Shown: positions 24,303-36,869, counted from the whole stretch's first letter. The stretch: DNA of 47,946 bases, filler included, from Sphacelaria rigidula (GCA_964200075.2; 2 parts of 2 records of this genome joined end to end with filler, not necessarily neighbours in it), one strand, 5' to 3'. Notes: generated from the letters alone by a model not told the origin. Numbers and translations are program-made.

Positions 24303-25317
24303 GGTTTACGCAACGCCGCATCGTCCGCAGGCTGTGGTCGTCTACGGAGCAAGTAACGTGGCGCCTCCACGAGATCCCTACAGATTCTCGCGTAAGCAAA
24401 ACCAGTTGGAGATTACTGGCGCGTGTCCGGCCAGTTCGCTGGCACGTGAGGCTTGCGTCTTTGGCAAATGGCTTCGAACACGCTCGCCGTGTCGCCTATT
24501 TGATTACCGCTCCCGGGTAAACCGCCGTCTGACACGACGAAGTAGCGCGCTTCCGCCAGCTTCCCCTGGTCAAGGTTAGTTAGCATTTGCGAGAGTGAGA
24601 CGATGAAAGAGAGCTGCGTAGCCGAATCAGTCCCAGGGTGGTTGGATTCAGGAAGTGCGATTTAGTGAAAAATCTACCCGGCCAGTCAGAAACGAAGGAT
24701 TCGTCCAGTCGGTCAGAATATAACCGCAGAATTGCAGAAGACCATCTGCAGAAGGCCTTCGGTGCACTTTCCTAGCTCCGTTGCCTCTTTAGGGCCAAGC
24801 ACCTTTGATCCATCGACTCGTTGGGGCTCTGAGGGCGTGTCTCAGCACTTTTTTTTTTCGATCGAAAAATTGCGGTCGATTTTTTTTGCCGACCTCATAG
24901 GCCCACCGCATTTACGTTCCTTGAAGGCTTCAACTCCAAATTATAACTAGCGGCGCGCGGAGAAGAATGCAACGAGGTATAAGACCATCGTTTGAGATTG
25001 AGAACATGTGGTCGAAAGGCACGAAGCGGCACTTGACTCCTATCTTACAAATAGGCTTGTGATGCTAGGAAGGATTTTTTTTAATACTATTATAGTAATA
25101 GAGATGTTCGGAAAACGCTTTTTTTTCATTTCAGAGTGCAAATATCTCAGGACCAGAGTGCAGAATCATGAAAAAAACAACTCATCGAAAAGAAGTCAAG
25201 GGGATCCCACATTTGACGGAGGGGGGAATAATTTTTTGGTACACTCTGATCCTGAGATATTTGCACTCTGAAATGACAAAAAAGGGTTTTCCGAAAATCT
25301 CCAATATCACCAAAAAT

Positions 25318-25421
25318 AATGCTCGTTAAGTGGAATTTATGCTCGATTTATGCTCGCATGTTCAAACAAATTATGCTCAATTTATGCTCGCAACGTGGAG
25401 CTTATGCTCGATTATGCTCGT
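25318..25421. repeat. Cluster of seven (T)ATGCTCR motifs
   Basis: ATGCTCG/A recurs seven times within ~100 bp, mostly as close pairs. Confidence 0.75.
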
Positions 25422-26716
25422 AATATCCAACAAGGATGGCATTCTCGACCGGATATAGACCCAACGATCACTATATGCATGTTATGTATACAGGTGGGGG
25501 CTCTCAGTAGTGGCGGTATGTGGCCACCGCGGACACCGGCACTACTCTAAAAAAGTGCCAAAAGAGGTGCAATTGAGGGCTCTGAATACCTCAGTAGTGC
25601 CGGTTCTGGCACTACTGACGACCGTCCGTTCCTACAGTGCTACGCTTGCCCTTTGTGGGACCAACGGAAGCACAAAACGGACGGTGACCTTTGTTTCAAG
25701 GGGTTTCGATAGGATACGCCATTTAAGGTTTCGGGGTAGTAGAACTAAACCCGATGTTTTTTTGTTTTTCACATTCAACTTGATTGATCCTGTTCATAGG
25801 TTGATCATTTCCTTCCCTACTAGCACAACAGCAGCAGTACGGCCACAAAATTTGTTCATGCCGAAAGACCTTACCGACAAGAAAAGCAAGGACACATCTG
25901 CACCCAACGCAACTAAAAAGGTGGGGCATCTGGTGTGGAAAAAAACTCACGAAAGAGTACACCGCCCACCAACAGGAGTGAGCGAGGAAGAATGAACCAC
26001 ACCCCTTTTCACTTCCTACCGGCTACCGAGACAAGGAGAGCAACAGGCATCAGACGACAGCAGTACAGAAGTAGTACTGTACAGGGCCTACAGTGCTCTG
26101 AACAGTTGACAAGTGATGCGATACAGGACCACTCCCGCTACTCGTGCTGCCACTTGGATAGCCTGCACAGTACATAGACACAGTGTACGGAGAGCGTGGT
26201 GTCTTGTACAACAGCAGTGCAACAACGACAGTATGATATGGCGGTATGCTCGATGGCAAGCAGTTGATGCATGCTGCATACAGTCTGTGTTGTCAGAGCA
26301 TCCATACAATCAAGCATGCGCGGTGCTTGGCTGACGAAGAACACAAAACGATCGTTTGCTCGTCAATATCGAGCAAAGAGTTTATCGCCGCAGGCTTGCG
26401 GTCTTCTGCCCTACGACAACATGTTTTCTTTACTGCCCTGCTGTGGATTGCTGTGAAGTGCGTTGGCCGCTGTTTCGTGTGCAGCATTTCGATTTGAAAT
26501 TGGCTTTGTCGTGGGTTGGTTTTGGACACTCATTCGAAGAGCATATAATATGATAAATCTCCTGTGGGTGTTATATTACGTATATATTTTCCTTTATCTA
26601 CGGGCAGTCAGCCATGGCTCATTTGTCACAGCCGTGTCTACGTTGTCGACGCTGTGTGAGTGTTATTCCTTTTCGATAATATGGAGGGATTAGGGTGCGA
26701 GATGTGTAACTCCCAG

Positions 26717-27626
26717 TACCGTAAGTTGCTCTGTGATCGCACAGGGCGTGAATTTCGCACAGGGGTCTTGAGAACGCACCCCTGTGCGATCAAAAATACG
26801 GGTTGAAACGATTTAATTATTTTTTCGCACAGGGGGCGTTGTTTTCGCACAGCGGTGCGATCTCAAGGATGAAATGCGTCTCAGCCACCTTCCGGGCGTG
26901 AGGACGCGCGCGCGCGGATGGGTCTTAGAGGCGGACAGCCTGAGTTGCGACGATTTTTGTCTTTATTCCACTGGTCATTATGGGGCTTCTCTGGACTACG
27001 CACTGCGGTGTGGCAGTGCAGACACAAAAAACATACGGAGTGGTTTTCTTGTTCAATTTATTCTACTCAAGTTCGTCGTGCACCTTGAATGAAACCACCA
27101 AAGCCGAAACCTTTCACCAAACGCCACCACCGACGGAAAGAACGAAGCCCGAAAGCAAACGCGTACTGGCACCGAACGATATTTTTTGCAGTCAATCTCG
27201 GCTCTCTCTTCGACATTTCGTGTAACGGTATACCGGTACCACGACAGCTACCGTAGGCTCGTGCGGTGTGCTTGATGTTGTGCTGTGGCTGTGTGCCCGT
27301 GTGTACTTGCTATGTTTCAGGCATCTTCAGATCTTATTCCTACGGCAGTACTGTCGCAGAATGTTCCTTTACACCGGCGAAGATTCTCTCAGTATCGCAC
27401 ATGGCGGGGTTATCGCACAGGGTGTGCGTTCAAAGACCCTTGTGTAATCGAAATTATTTACTGATATCGCACATGTTGAGATGGCATAGGGGTGTGCGAT
27501 GGAAAAGCAGTACCAAACGATTTAATTCAATTTTCGCACAGGGGTCGTGAGAACACACCCCTGTGCAGAAAAAAAAAGTTCGAGAACATATCAAAATCAA
27601 TCGCACCCACAGAGCAACTTACGGTA
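26717..27626. mobile_element. Non-autonomous TIR transposon (MITE), Tc1/mariner-pogo/Tc2-like, TA target site
   Basis: Perfect 19-bp inverted ends TACCGTAAGTTGCTCTGTG (26717-26735) and CACAGAGCAACTTACGGTA (27608-27626), including the TA. Multiple subterminal TCGCACAGGG motifs. No transposase ORF. Confidence 0.88.
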
Positions 27627-30600
27627 GTTACTGTCATATTTCGAAGGTTCCAATTGTCTGAGACCAAGGCTGGGGATCATCACGGGAAGAGGGGCGGGTA
27701 GTTCCGCCATCAAGAGCTCGCCTCACGGGTGGTGTGCGGACGTGAAGAAAGCTGCATCGCTTGCGACTTATGTAACAGCATAGATTGCAAGCGGTTTCAA
27801 CTGGAAAAACGTGCCGGACTGGTAGTGCACGACGAAGTTCGTGAAGGATTGTGTACATGCGGGCCCCACCCCGTCTGCATTGGTCCAAACACAAGCGATC
27901 CAGTACAGCATATCATATACTGCGGTTAGAGACTGCGCACCACCCGCATCAGTGACGCCTGTAGCTGCACAACGTGCTCGATGCACAGCAGCAACGTGCA
28001 AGGTGATATGGCACACCGCAGAACGTAACATCCTTCGTATATCTCTGCCCTGCAGTGATTTCCACCTGTCTTCCGCAGTTCACCACAACATGTACCCAGC
28101 CGCTTCTGCTGCCGTTCATGTGTACGGGTAATACCACCCGTCGCAGGTCCAGATTTTTGTAACCCGACCGTCTTGCAGCTGTACTCGACAACAGATTTCA
28201 GTACTGTGCACAGTACACTTTTTTCAAAGCTGAACAGAAATATCTTGTCCATCTTGGTACATTTTCAAATATAAAGTTTGGCAGTGGGACTCTGGCGTTG
28301 TCGTCAAAATATGGCCGAAGTGGAAGCGAGGAAATCACCGAAATATTCACGTGCAAAGCCGTTGCGGAGATAATTCAAGTTGATAAGGCTAGAAGAATAC
28401 CAGTGCAACGCCCACTCCGGCTGCCAGCCTGTTTGCACGGCCGGGTCGGTAGTGGTGGGACCGTCTGTACCGGGATGTCGCCTCCAGTACCAGGTACGCC
28501 GGCAACGGCCCGTCGCGCAACCCACTGGTCGCGCGACAGGAGCTTAACCTTCGACTGTCAACCGTTCTGGAGCGGAAACGTTCACCTCCCAACCCTCATA
28601 TATATAGCGGACCATAAACGATGCTTGTTTGCTGGGTTTCTTCGAGCGTTCATCCCTAACTGGGCAAAGAATAATGCGTGGCCGGCAGGATCAATTGCAC
28701 AGTCAGCGTGATCAACTGTCACTGTACCCACTATAATCGTCATCAGGGTGTTAAAAACGTGATCGCGCACCCTATGATTATCTACCGTATGAATGCAGAC
28801 CGGGCCATCACCGACTTCCCCTACTGTAGCTGAGACAGTGACACCTTCCTCTACTGTAATACCAATCTACACATCCTCCAAGTTTCGGCGTAATCTGACG
28901 CGGGATGCGGATGCTCTTCACGCCTAACCTGCCAAAACACCGCCTCCATATTATCAAAAGAGAATAACACTGGGTCACCAACTGAGCCACCGGGGATGGA
29001 AAAGGAAAACTCCGATCTGATAGATCGTGATTTGAACTACAATATCGTAGCTTATGTTCACGATGGTTGAAATCACGACTCATTAGATCGGAATTTGTTT
29101 AGCAGGTACAAACATATACTAGGGAGCACCGCACCACTCACCAGGAACGAAATCAACAACCGATAGAAGACAGGGGCACATCAGTTTCCGTGTCATGAAT
29201 AGCCCAATATCTCAAGTTCATCCCTAGTCGGGTACAAAGGGGGCAATTCTCTCGGTCATTTCCATCCTGGGTTCCTCGCGAATTGTCGCCGTTGTTGTGC
29301 TCGCGAGGCCAGTCCTCTGATTGGCGGCTCCTCACGCAGCAGCACCTCAAATGTCGCGGCAGAATGCAGTTTGTACATGCGGTCCTGCCCTATTTACTTT
29401 TGTTTTACTCGTACCGTGCGGGTGATCAAAGGTCAACTACGGTCAGGCTGGCGCTGTGGAAGGGGCAACGCGGTAAAGGTTCTTCAGTATTCGGAGAAAA
29501 TTGTGTCAATGCCATGACGTCGCGGTGCGGCGGTGTAAGGATCCTTTGAGACAGTTCAGCGTCTCACCATGGTGGTTGCCTGTACTGCATCCATCGAGTG
29601 CATGGTGTCTGCTGCCAACGGGTGCAAGTGTGGATTCCGCGGCGAGGTAGCTTCACCCAGGGTCAAGGGTGCACAGCGGCCCCGAGGGTCTCGACACCCG
29701 GCGGGCTCTTTCTCGTCGTTCTTATCAACATTCTTCATGACAAATGTTGAGAAGTCTTTCCTCCAGGAAACATTACAGCAGCCGTTGGAAGTTGGAAGTC
29801 ATTGAAACCCTCCACGAAGATGCGAGTGAGGGCAGCAGCCAGGGTGAAGGTTCAAACCGAAACTGGATTGAATGTGTAGGCGACCAGTTACTGTAGAGAT
29901 ACACACCATGCTTTCCCCGGAGGGTGGACAGGCCAATGCCCGCAAGTTCCTCATACCCAGTGCGTACGTAGCGTCGAGTTTTCATTTTGTTGGGTTTGAG
30001 TTGGGTTGGGCGGCGTTGGGTTGGGTGGGTAAGTGAAGGGAGAGCACGGGTAGGTTTGAACTGTTGCATGATGTTGTACAGAGCTCGGCTTGGATTCGAA
30101 GATCGCACAGATGAAACACGTTCCCTCGTCGCCTGAACTCTTCACGGCCCTGGTGAGAATTCATTTCATCCCGAATTCCACAAACTAAACGATGGCGGCC
30201 ACGCTAGCTGTATCGCGGGATAGATCTTCCAACGAAAAACGATACTCCGGGTGCAGGGGACATCGCTTATCTCAAGAAAAGTGGGGGTTTAAACACGTAG
30301 TCATGGGGTCGTTATGCTCTGTCACCGACTGTGCTGCGCATATCTTCACAGACGAGAGCACACCTCCGCGAGGCGAAAGCCATGGTGGTGCCGCACATAT
30401 GTACGTAATGCCCACCACAGCACCGTGTGAAACGTGGACTACGCGACGCGGGAAAGACGTCTACCTAGCTACTATGATACAGTATTTCAGCGGGAAGTTG
30501 AAAAAACGCAACGGACCAACGCCTCGCTTCTAGAAGTCGTGTTTAGAAAACAGTATACTAGCAGTGAACATCTAAGAACATACAACCATCTGCTCAAGAG

Positions 30601-30751
30601 AAATAAACGTTTGTTTTACCCTGAACTCGTCCGTGAGCTGATGAAACGTGTGCTGAGCCGCAACGTGTGAATTTGCATTAATCCCGTGGCGGTACTGTAC
30701 CTCGTGGCATGTTATTATTCTGTGATAAACTGTACGTTGACTGGATTGTAC

Positions 30752-30827
30752 CGTCTCTGTACACTACTGTCTGCTGTCCTGACCGTACAGAAACTGCCGA
30801 GAGAGAGTACTGTTTTCGAAGGGGGGG
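30752..30827 (-). CDS. Possible exon 2 of the minus-strand gene (APPSKTVLSLGSFCTVRTADSSVQR)
   Basis: TTTTCCTGAAATGCAG acceptor, phase-compatible with the 31131-31245 exon. The donor position is ambiguous. Confidence 0.3.
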
Positions 30828-31130
30828 CTGCATTTCAGGAAAACGATAGTAGTGGTGATTTTGAATTGCTGATAGCAATCTGGTATCACCTTTGTTGGTT
30901 GACTGCTCGCATTTCTCGAATATCACAGCACAGTCTGCATGGTAAAGGACGAAAAAATGAATATCAGGTACTCAGTGCTACTGAGTGCTGTTTACTGTAC
31001 CAACAATATCGAAAGCTGTGCCGCGGAGATCGACGTGGAATCGACTACCATCACGGAGTAAAACCGGTTTTGCCCTGAACTACCCTGCCCACTGTACAGG
31101 TACAGTACAATCACCTAGAGACCACCTCAC

Positions 31131-31245
31131 CAACGGGTGCAGTGCTGCTAGTTTCTGGTTTCTCGCCCCCTCCTGCGCCACTCATTTCCTCCATGGGGGC
31201 TACTGCATCTGAAGGCATAGTTGGCGCTACTTCGTCCGTAGACAT
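31131..31245 (-). CDS. Probable first coding exon of an unidentified minus-strand gene (MSTDEVAPTMPSDAVAPMEEMSGAGGGEKPETSSTAPV)
   Basis: ATG, 38 open codons with coding-like composition, strong G|GTGAG donor. Downstream exons are not reliably resolved. Confidence 0.55.
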
Positions 31246-31451
31246 ATCCACTCCCCTCTACGGTGCCGCACGCATGACACAACCCAACGCAACCACGACA
31301 AACAAGAGATATCCCAAAATGGAACCAAACCTACGTGCCCCAACTGTGTCTAGAACCAAGCATTTCGGTTCAGAACCAAATATCCGGAGAAATGCCTGGG
31401 AAAGTTGGAGCTGACATGTCCCAGCAATGCACACTGAATACATGGAGGAGA

Positions 31452-31536
31452 ATGCCGCTGCTCAACTCTTCCACTCGCAGTTCGACTGCAGTGTTAGCAA
31501 CGCTACTGACCATGGTGATAAGAGTATTTTGTTATG
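31452..31536 (+). CDS. EGF-repeat secreted protein, exon 1 (signal-peptide-like MPLLNSSTRSSTAVLATLLTMVIRVFCY)
   Basis: ATG, hydrophobic stretch, G|GTGAGT donor, phase 1 matching exon 2. In-frame upstream ATGs at 31392 and 31416 are alternative starts. Confidence 0.7.
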
Positions 31537-31890
31537 GTGAGTTCATGCGGATATCTTTCCCACAAAGATCTCCAAGTTACTGTTTCAACACACTTCCCGC
31601 CTTTTAGCATGGCCGCGGACACCAGGCACCGTGGTGATCGCCCATGAAAAGTAGAGTGGGCAATGTTGCTGTGAATCACCCGATGGTGAATTTCGTTGCT
31701 ATACTGACGAGGTAGGATGTATACCCCTTCTCTATTGTCCATCAGTTGTGGGTGTCAGGCCCCCTGTTCGGGCTCGCTGCTGCCGAGACGAGCGTATGCA
31801 CGCAAGGATGACGATGTCATTGCAATCGCGATCCAGTTGGCCCGCTTCTCTTACAGCTTCATTACGCTTTCATCTGCTCTGTGCAACTAG

Positions 31891-32064
31891 AGTCTGATGA
31901 GCCGTACACGACAGCGGACCGGGATGCGCCTACAACGTTCTACGACACCCGCTTCGAGATAACACCGTGTTGCAACGTCACCAACGAGGCAGCGGAGATA
32001 ACGCTGTGGTTTAGGACGGACGGGAACTTTTCGGAGACCGACGCCATATTTTTCGACTTGCCAA
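31891..32064 (+). CDS. EGF-repeat secreted protein, exon 2 (ESDEPY...AIFFDLP)
   Basis: CTAG acceptor, A|GTGAG donor, open frame, phases 1/1, N-glycosylation sequons NVT and NFS. Confidence 0.82.
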
Positions 32065-32746
32065 GTGAGGGGGTGTCTTGACCCTTTGGCTACGGAGGCC
32101 AGCCATCCATCTGTTGAGTCAGCGTTGTTTAACCTGAAAATACAAGAGCCACATTGCCTACCCAGGAGGACGCCACTGGGTTGACGAACACAAAAACAAC
32201 GACTTCGAAATCGACCGACAGTTTCCGATGACAATGAAACTGCTTCAGGGGTGTGATCGTTCAAGATTTGGACCTATGCGACAACCAACAGTGGACAAAC
32301 CACAGCTAACCCAAGGGGTTGAACGCCGGGCAAGAGAGTTGAGCTGCTCCCTGAATAGTGTTCGATAGCTCTCACGACAGCTCTTTCTCAACCTCGTATG
32401 AGACAATTCTGCTGGCCTCTATCCATCAAGAAATGAGATTGCAACGGCTGTTTTCGCAAATTGCACGGCACAAATGATACCCACAAAGTCAAAAAGATTG
32501 CACAGTGTTGATTTTTGTACTTGCCCGATACTGAAACAACCGCACTCAATCCAAGCGTCCCGCATTGAGTGGACTCAGGCTACCCACGGATGCATGCACG
32601 TTCTTCTATGGATGTCTGAATGCAACACTCATACCCTGAAAGGAAAAGCACATGCTCCCATCTCAAAAGCTTCTGGCACGCACTGCCACATCCGATGGGC
32701 GGTCTTTGTCTATCTGTGTTCCTCTTCGGTCCTGTTTTGCGGTATA

Positions 32747-33095
32747 GTGCGTGTGTTGTCGTCCCATTTTTTCTGGACGCCTGTCTACACCTTTCGCTAC
32801 ATGTGGGCGCACCAGCCGGGGTCACACAGGAGGAAGGTCAACACGGAAGCTTTTTATTTTTTATTTTTTTGTATCCTACCTTCCTTCCGCGGTGCTTACC
32901 TTTACTTTTGATCGCGAGAGGGGTTCAGCACTCCCTTCCCTCGTCGACCCTTAAGTCCAATATTGTGTACCCACAACATAGTCGATCTCCACTATTGAGC
33001 ATGGTGTGAGAAAAAATCCCAAATCGCTCCGAGAATTGAACGCACGACCCAACCGTCAAAAGATGTCGAGGTTACCAACTGAGCCATCGGGGCGA
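32747..33095 (-). mobile_element. tRNA-derived SINE, full length
   Basis: The minus-strand head TCGCCCCGATGGCTCAGTTGGTAA...GTTCAATTCTCGGAGCGA carries a Pol III A box (33075-33086) and B box (33033-33041). The body matches the second copy at 41269-41554. Short (AC)-like tail. Confidence 0.85.
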
Positions 33096-33376
33096 GCGGC
33101 GTATGTACATGTACCTCGATTAATCGCATTCAAATGTTCGATTTTGGGCGAGTGCTTTATTCTTCGTGGGGCCTGAAAAAATCGAAAGCAGCTCAGCTGC
33201 GATTCAGGGAGCGGACAAATCTCAGCACCGTACTTTTCCCGCTTTCCACTTCCTGATCCAACAATGTCAAGATAGACCCTCAGGGAACATGCAGCGGCTG
33301 GTGATGATGCTGCAGAGCACATGTTCCATACATCGAGTACTGACTGTACGTCACGGTATTTCGTTGTCGTGTAAGT

Positions 33377-34376
33377 GACACCTGTGGTAGGGATACCCAT
33401 CTGGAGCATTCGTTTGGGATTTCATACCAATCTGAGATTTACATGAAAGGCAAGCTCCCATCCGTGGTATCCATCTGAGATATGAACACCCATCTGAGAT
33501 GCCCATCGGGGATCTGAAGTCCGTGTTGAATATCCATTTGGAATATGAACGCCCATGTGGCATATCAATTTGAGATATAGACCTTAATCTAGGGCATTCT
33601 TCTGGGATATGGGCACCTGTCTGACATGTCCATCTGGGACGTTCGTATCGACCTATACAGCACGGTATTCTCTAAGCTCGCGCTGGCCATAGCCCATGGC
33701 CTGCAAGTGTAGCCAGTACTATGCTCTGTCAGGGTACACTATGCCCCGATGTTTGCCCTACTACGACACGCTGCGCCTCGCTGTGCCGGCACACACTATC
33801 CCGGATGTATACCCCACCAACGAACGCACAGTACACGCCACTGCTGCAGCGCACACCAACCCAACTGTACGGTCGCGGGCGTAGAAGCTGTCCATGGGTT
33901 CGGGTCACGGTCAGGACCAGAGTCAAGGTTAATCCTGGGGTCGGTCGGGGGTTGGCCCGGTTGTTGCGGCAACCTGCAGAGAAATAAAAACATCGACAAG
34001 GTAAACTGATCTCGGCAGGTAGGATATATGAGGTCTCGATGGACATCCCGGGTGAATATATGGTCTCAGATGGACGCCTCAGATCGAGATCATAAATAAA
34101 CTTCCGTATGCCAGATGGATATACCAGGTGGATATCCCGAATCCATAAGGGTATCCACATTCCACAGGGATACCCTGGGTGGATGTCCGTATCCCAGACA
34201 GGTGTCCCAGCTGAATCTCAGATCGCGAATTAATATCCCTGATGAATATCTATGTCCTAGGTAAAGGGAGGTCCATCTGGTGTATTTCAACATCCCAGGT
34301 GGATGTAAGACGTCAGATGGACGCCCCCGATGGATATCCGTATCCCAGATAGAACTTGCACGGCAAGGCAGGTGTC
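33377..34376. mobile_element. Putative non-autonomous element with inverted subterminal motif arrays (CCATCTGRG left, YCAGATGG right)
   Basis: Many degenerate CCATCTG(G/A)GAT motifs at 33395-33650 and their reverse complements at 34040-34350. 8-bp inverted ends GACACCTG/CAGGTGTC. Boundaries tentative. Confidence 0.6.
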
Positions 34377-35409
34377 CTCTCGTATTTGTTCGAGATAGAA
34401 GACGTACATATTGACTCGCAAATACATTTGTCGTTACTGTCACTGCATCGACATACGACGAAGCTATACCTTCTAGCAACAACTCCACAAACATCCGTAA
34501 GAGAAGGTAGCATAGTTGATCCTTTATTCGACTACTCTATGAAGTCTAAGCTAATCACATGGGAGGATACCATAACGGCCAAACTAGAATAACCGGAAAT
34601 ACTAATGGTTGACAATGAGCAAGGGAAAACATGCCACCGTGGAGATGCCTCCGTATGTTACCCATCCACACTCACGGTTAACAGCGAATTGGCTGCTCGT
34701 TCGGTACGTTGCGGGAACGCCGTGACGGTTATTTAGCGTGCGTGCCCACCGACGAGGAGTGTGCTTGGTTGCCCGCTCAGACTCTCCTGATCTGGATGGC
34801 CAGCCCATGGCAGAAGCGATAGGCAACGTGGCAACCGAAAAGTGTGCTTGCTGTGAAGTAGCGACCCTTAAAACACGTCGTTGCTCTACTGTCAAATTGC
34901 TGGGAGCCACTTCTGCTGTGACAGGTGATCCAAAAATATTACTGTTGTTGTACTACTGTGAAACTATAGTTCGACCCGTACTGTGTCGTGACTTGCACTT
35001 GTGTACATACTGGGCACCATGCTAAATGTATTGCATCCTTGTGATTTTCCATGGCGTCGACCAATATCGACCCTGGATAGATTGTTAGCAAGACGCGATT
35101 CCTGCAGGGATCGCGTGACACTTTGCTCACGACCAGTTGGAATGGCATGCACCATGCTTCAATCTCATTGCGTGCACTAAGTATTTGATACCTACTCTCT
35201 GAATGTTAAGGCTGCGTTCGAGCCATCTTCACTCCATGTGAGTCCAACGTCGATGTATCGCGGAAACAGCGATGATAGAAGCCCATCAGGTCCCGGAAGA
35301 GCGATCAGGAAAGGGACCATTTGTGCGGTATATGTATTTCAGCACACCTCATACGAGGTAAGTTTGGTTCTAAAGTCACGCACTTCCCTTTTCTGCGTTC
35401 TGCACGAAG

Positions 35410-35471
35410 GGTTCACCACGGGTTCGACAGCATACGGATTCTCGGATGCCGCCGATATTCCTCTAGGAGAG
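35410..35471 (+). CDS. EGF-repeat secreted protein, exon 3 (RFTTGSTAYGFSDAADIPLGE)
   Basis: Pyrimidine tract + AAG acceptor, GAG|GTAAAT donor, phases 1/0. Confidence 0.8.
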
Positions 35472-35839
35472 GTAAATCTACACGTAAATATAATTTGGCC
35501 GTCGATAGATACCCCTTCATGGCCCCGATATGATGACGAGAGGATTGAGTGTTGATGAAAGACCCGTATGGTGCCTGCTAGGAACGTTGCAGATTTTGCT
35601 TTGGTCTGACTTCGGAAGGCCACACGGACGCACACGATTGGTACTTAGCGGTGGGTCTTACAACAAGCAAGGCATCTAGCGTGCCCCATCGAGTAGATCC
35701 CATGCAGACGGACTTGCTCTTCCTTACAACAGTTTTGTTTGCCTCAAACTCCAACCACAAAGTACCACTTGATGAGACTTGTGAGGATGCTGAACCAGTG
35801 ACATCCTCATGTACCACATGGTTTTGACATCTTGCAAAG

Positions 35840-35968
35840 GTGGACATAAGCCCGTCGACTGTATGGGATGCCGAGTGGCAGCAGGGGGTATACGACAAAA
35901 CTTCTCCGTTTCAGAACTCTCGACTCCAAGTGGTAATGAAGACAGGGAGATATCTTGCTCCCGCCGAG
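35840..35968 (+). CDS. EGF-repeat secreted protein, exon 4 (VDISPSTVWDAEW...YLAPAE)
   Basis: AAG acceptor, GAG|GTGAC donor, 43 codons, phases 0/0. Confidence 0.8.
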
Positions 35969-36281
35969 GTGACTATGGTACCGATTCCAATGGATTACCA
36001 CATTGACTATCTTTATCTGTGGCCCCGTTGTTGATGATAGCTACAGTCATTTGAGCTATGGGATCGAATGCAAAAGAGCTGTTTTCGACAGGACAGTACG
36101 AGCTATACAACGAAATGTTTTTTTGCGAGAAAATTTATTAGAGGATGGCATTTCTCGATTCGAAACATTCAGCCAAACAGAAGGTACCGACCCCTTGGTC
36201 CAGAAGACTAAGTAGGTAGTTGGCACTCCATGCGCGTGATGCCCCTGGGCTTGACTTCTTCTCCTGCCTTCTTACGCGTAG

Positions 36282-36442
36282 GACGAGGATTTGTTCGTGC
36301 GGCTGTCCAAGCGCAACGGCATCTCTGCCTTTTGCGGCTTCAACAAGGATACGGAAATATTCCGAATCTCCACCAACTCCTCAACTCACAACTTTGTCGA
36401 CGCACCCTTCGAGGAAGTACCTCTCATGGGAAGCGGTTGCAG
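36282..36442 (+). CDS. EGF-repeat secreted protein, exon 5 (DEDLFVRLSK...PLMGSGC)
   Basis: Long pyrimidine tract + TAG acceptor, CAG|GTAG donor, phases 0/2. Confidence 0.85.
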
Positions 36443-36813
36443 GTAGACGCATGCAATAGCGGTTGACAGATTCAAAAGTAAAGTGCCCAACACAAAGCTA
36501 GAATCCAAATCGTCCCCCCAAAACCTGGTTTATTTTCGATGCTGGGGGTTAGGTGACTCCGGTACAGCGTGTGCGAGCTGTTTGCGTCACTCCTGAAGTG
36601 ATTCAACAGCGTGGAGCAGTAAGCCACACGCCAGTCACTTGTGTCCCTCTTCCTTTAACGTGTTTTATCCAAAGTGGCCTGTACCATGCTGTCTTGTTTG
36701 AAAACATTTGTATTACGGGGAAACTTTGGTATCAATAGTAGGAGTATTACAAAAGTAGTATACAGGATTGGGGGGACGCCAACAGGAAAATTCACGAAAT
36801 GGGCCTTCGTGTC

Positions 36814-36814
<1 letters not shown>

Positions 36815-36866
<52 letters not shown>
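36815..36866. repeat. (TG)26 microsatellite (intronic)
   Basis: Perfect dinucleotide run. Confidence 0.97.

Positions 36867-36869
<3 letters not shown>

Noticed and set aside
28390..28495. Possible + strand Cys-containing exon (LEEYQCNAHSGCQPVC...LQYQ|GTACG)
   Set aside because: No convincing acceptor or partner exons; insufficient support.
29556..30470. Further exons of the minus-strand gene, including a Tudor-knot/MYST-like reading
   Set aside because: Several competing acceptors; no single phase-consistent chain with convincing motifs.
33024..33095. Functional tRNA gene
   Set aside because: Imperfect cloverleaf, attached to a repeated SINE body.
36815..36866. (TG)n as the 3' tail of the LINE fragment at 37670-38430
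   Set aside because: A host exon (37151-37278) lies between them.
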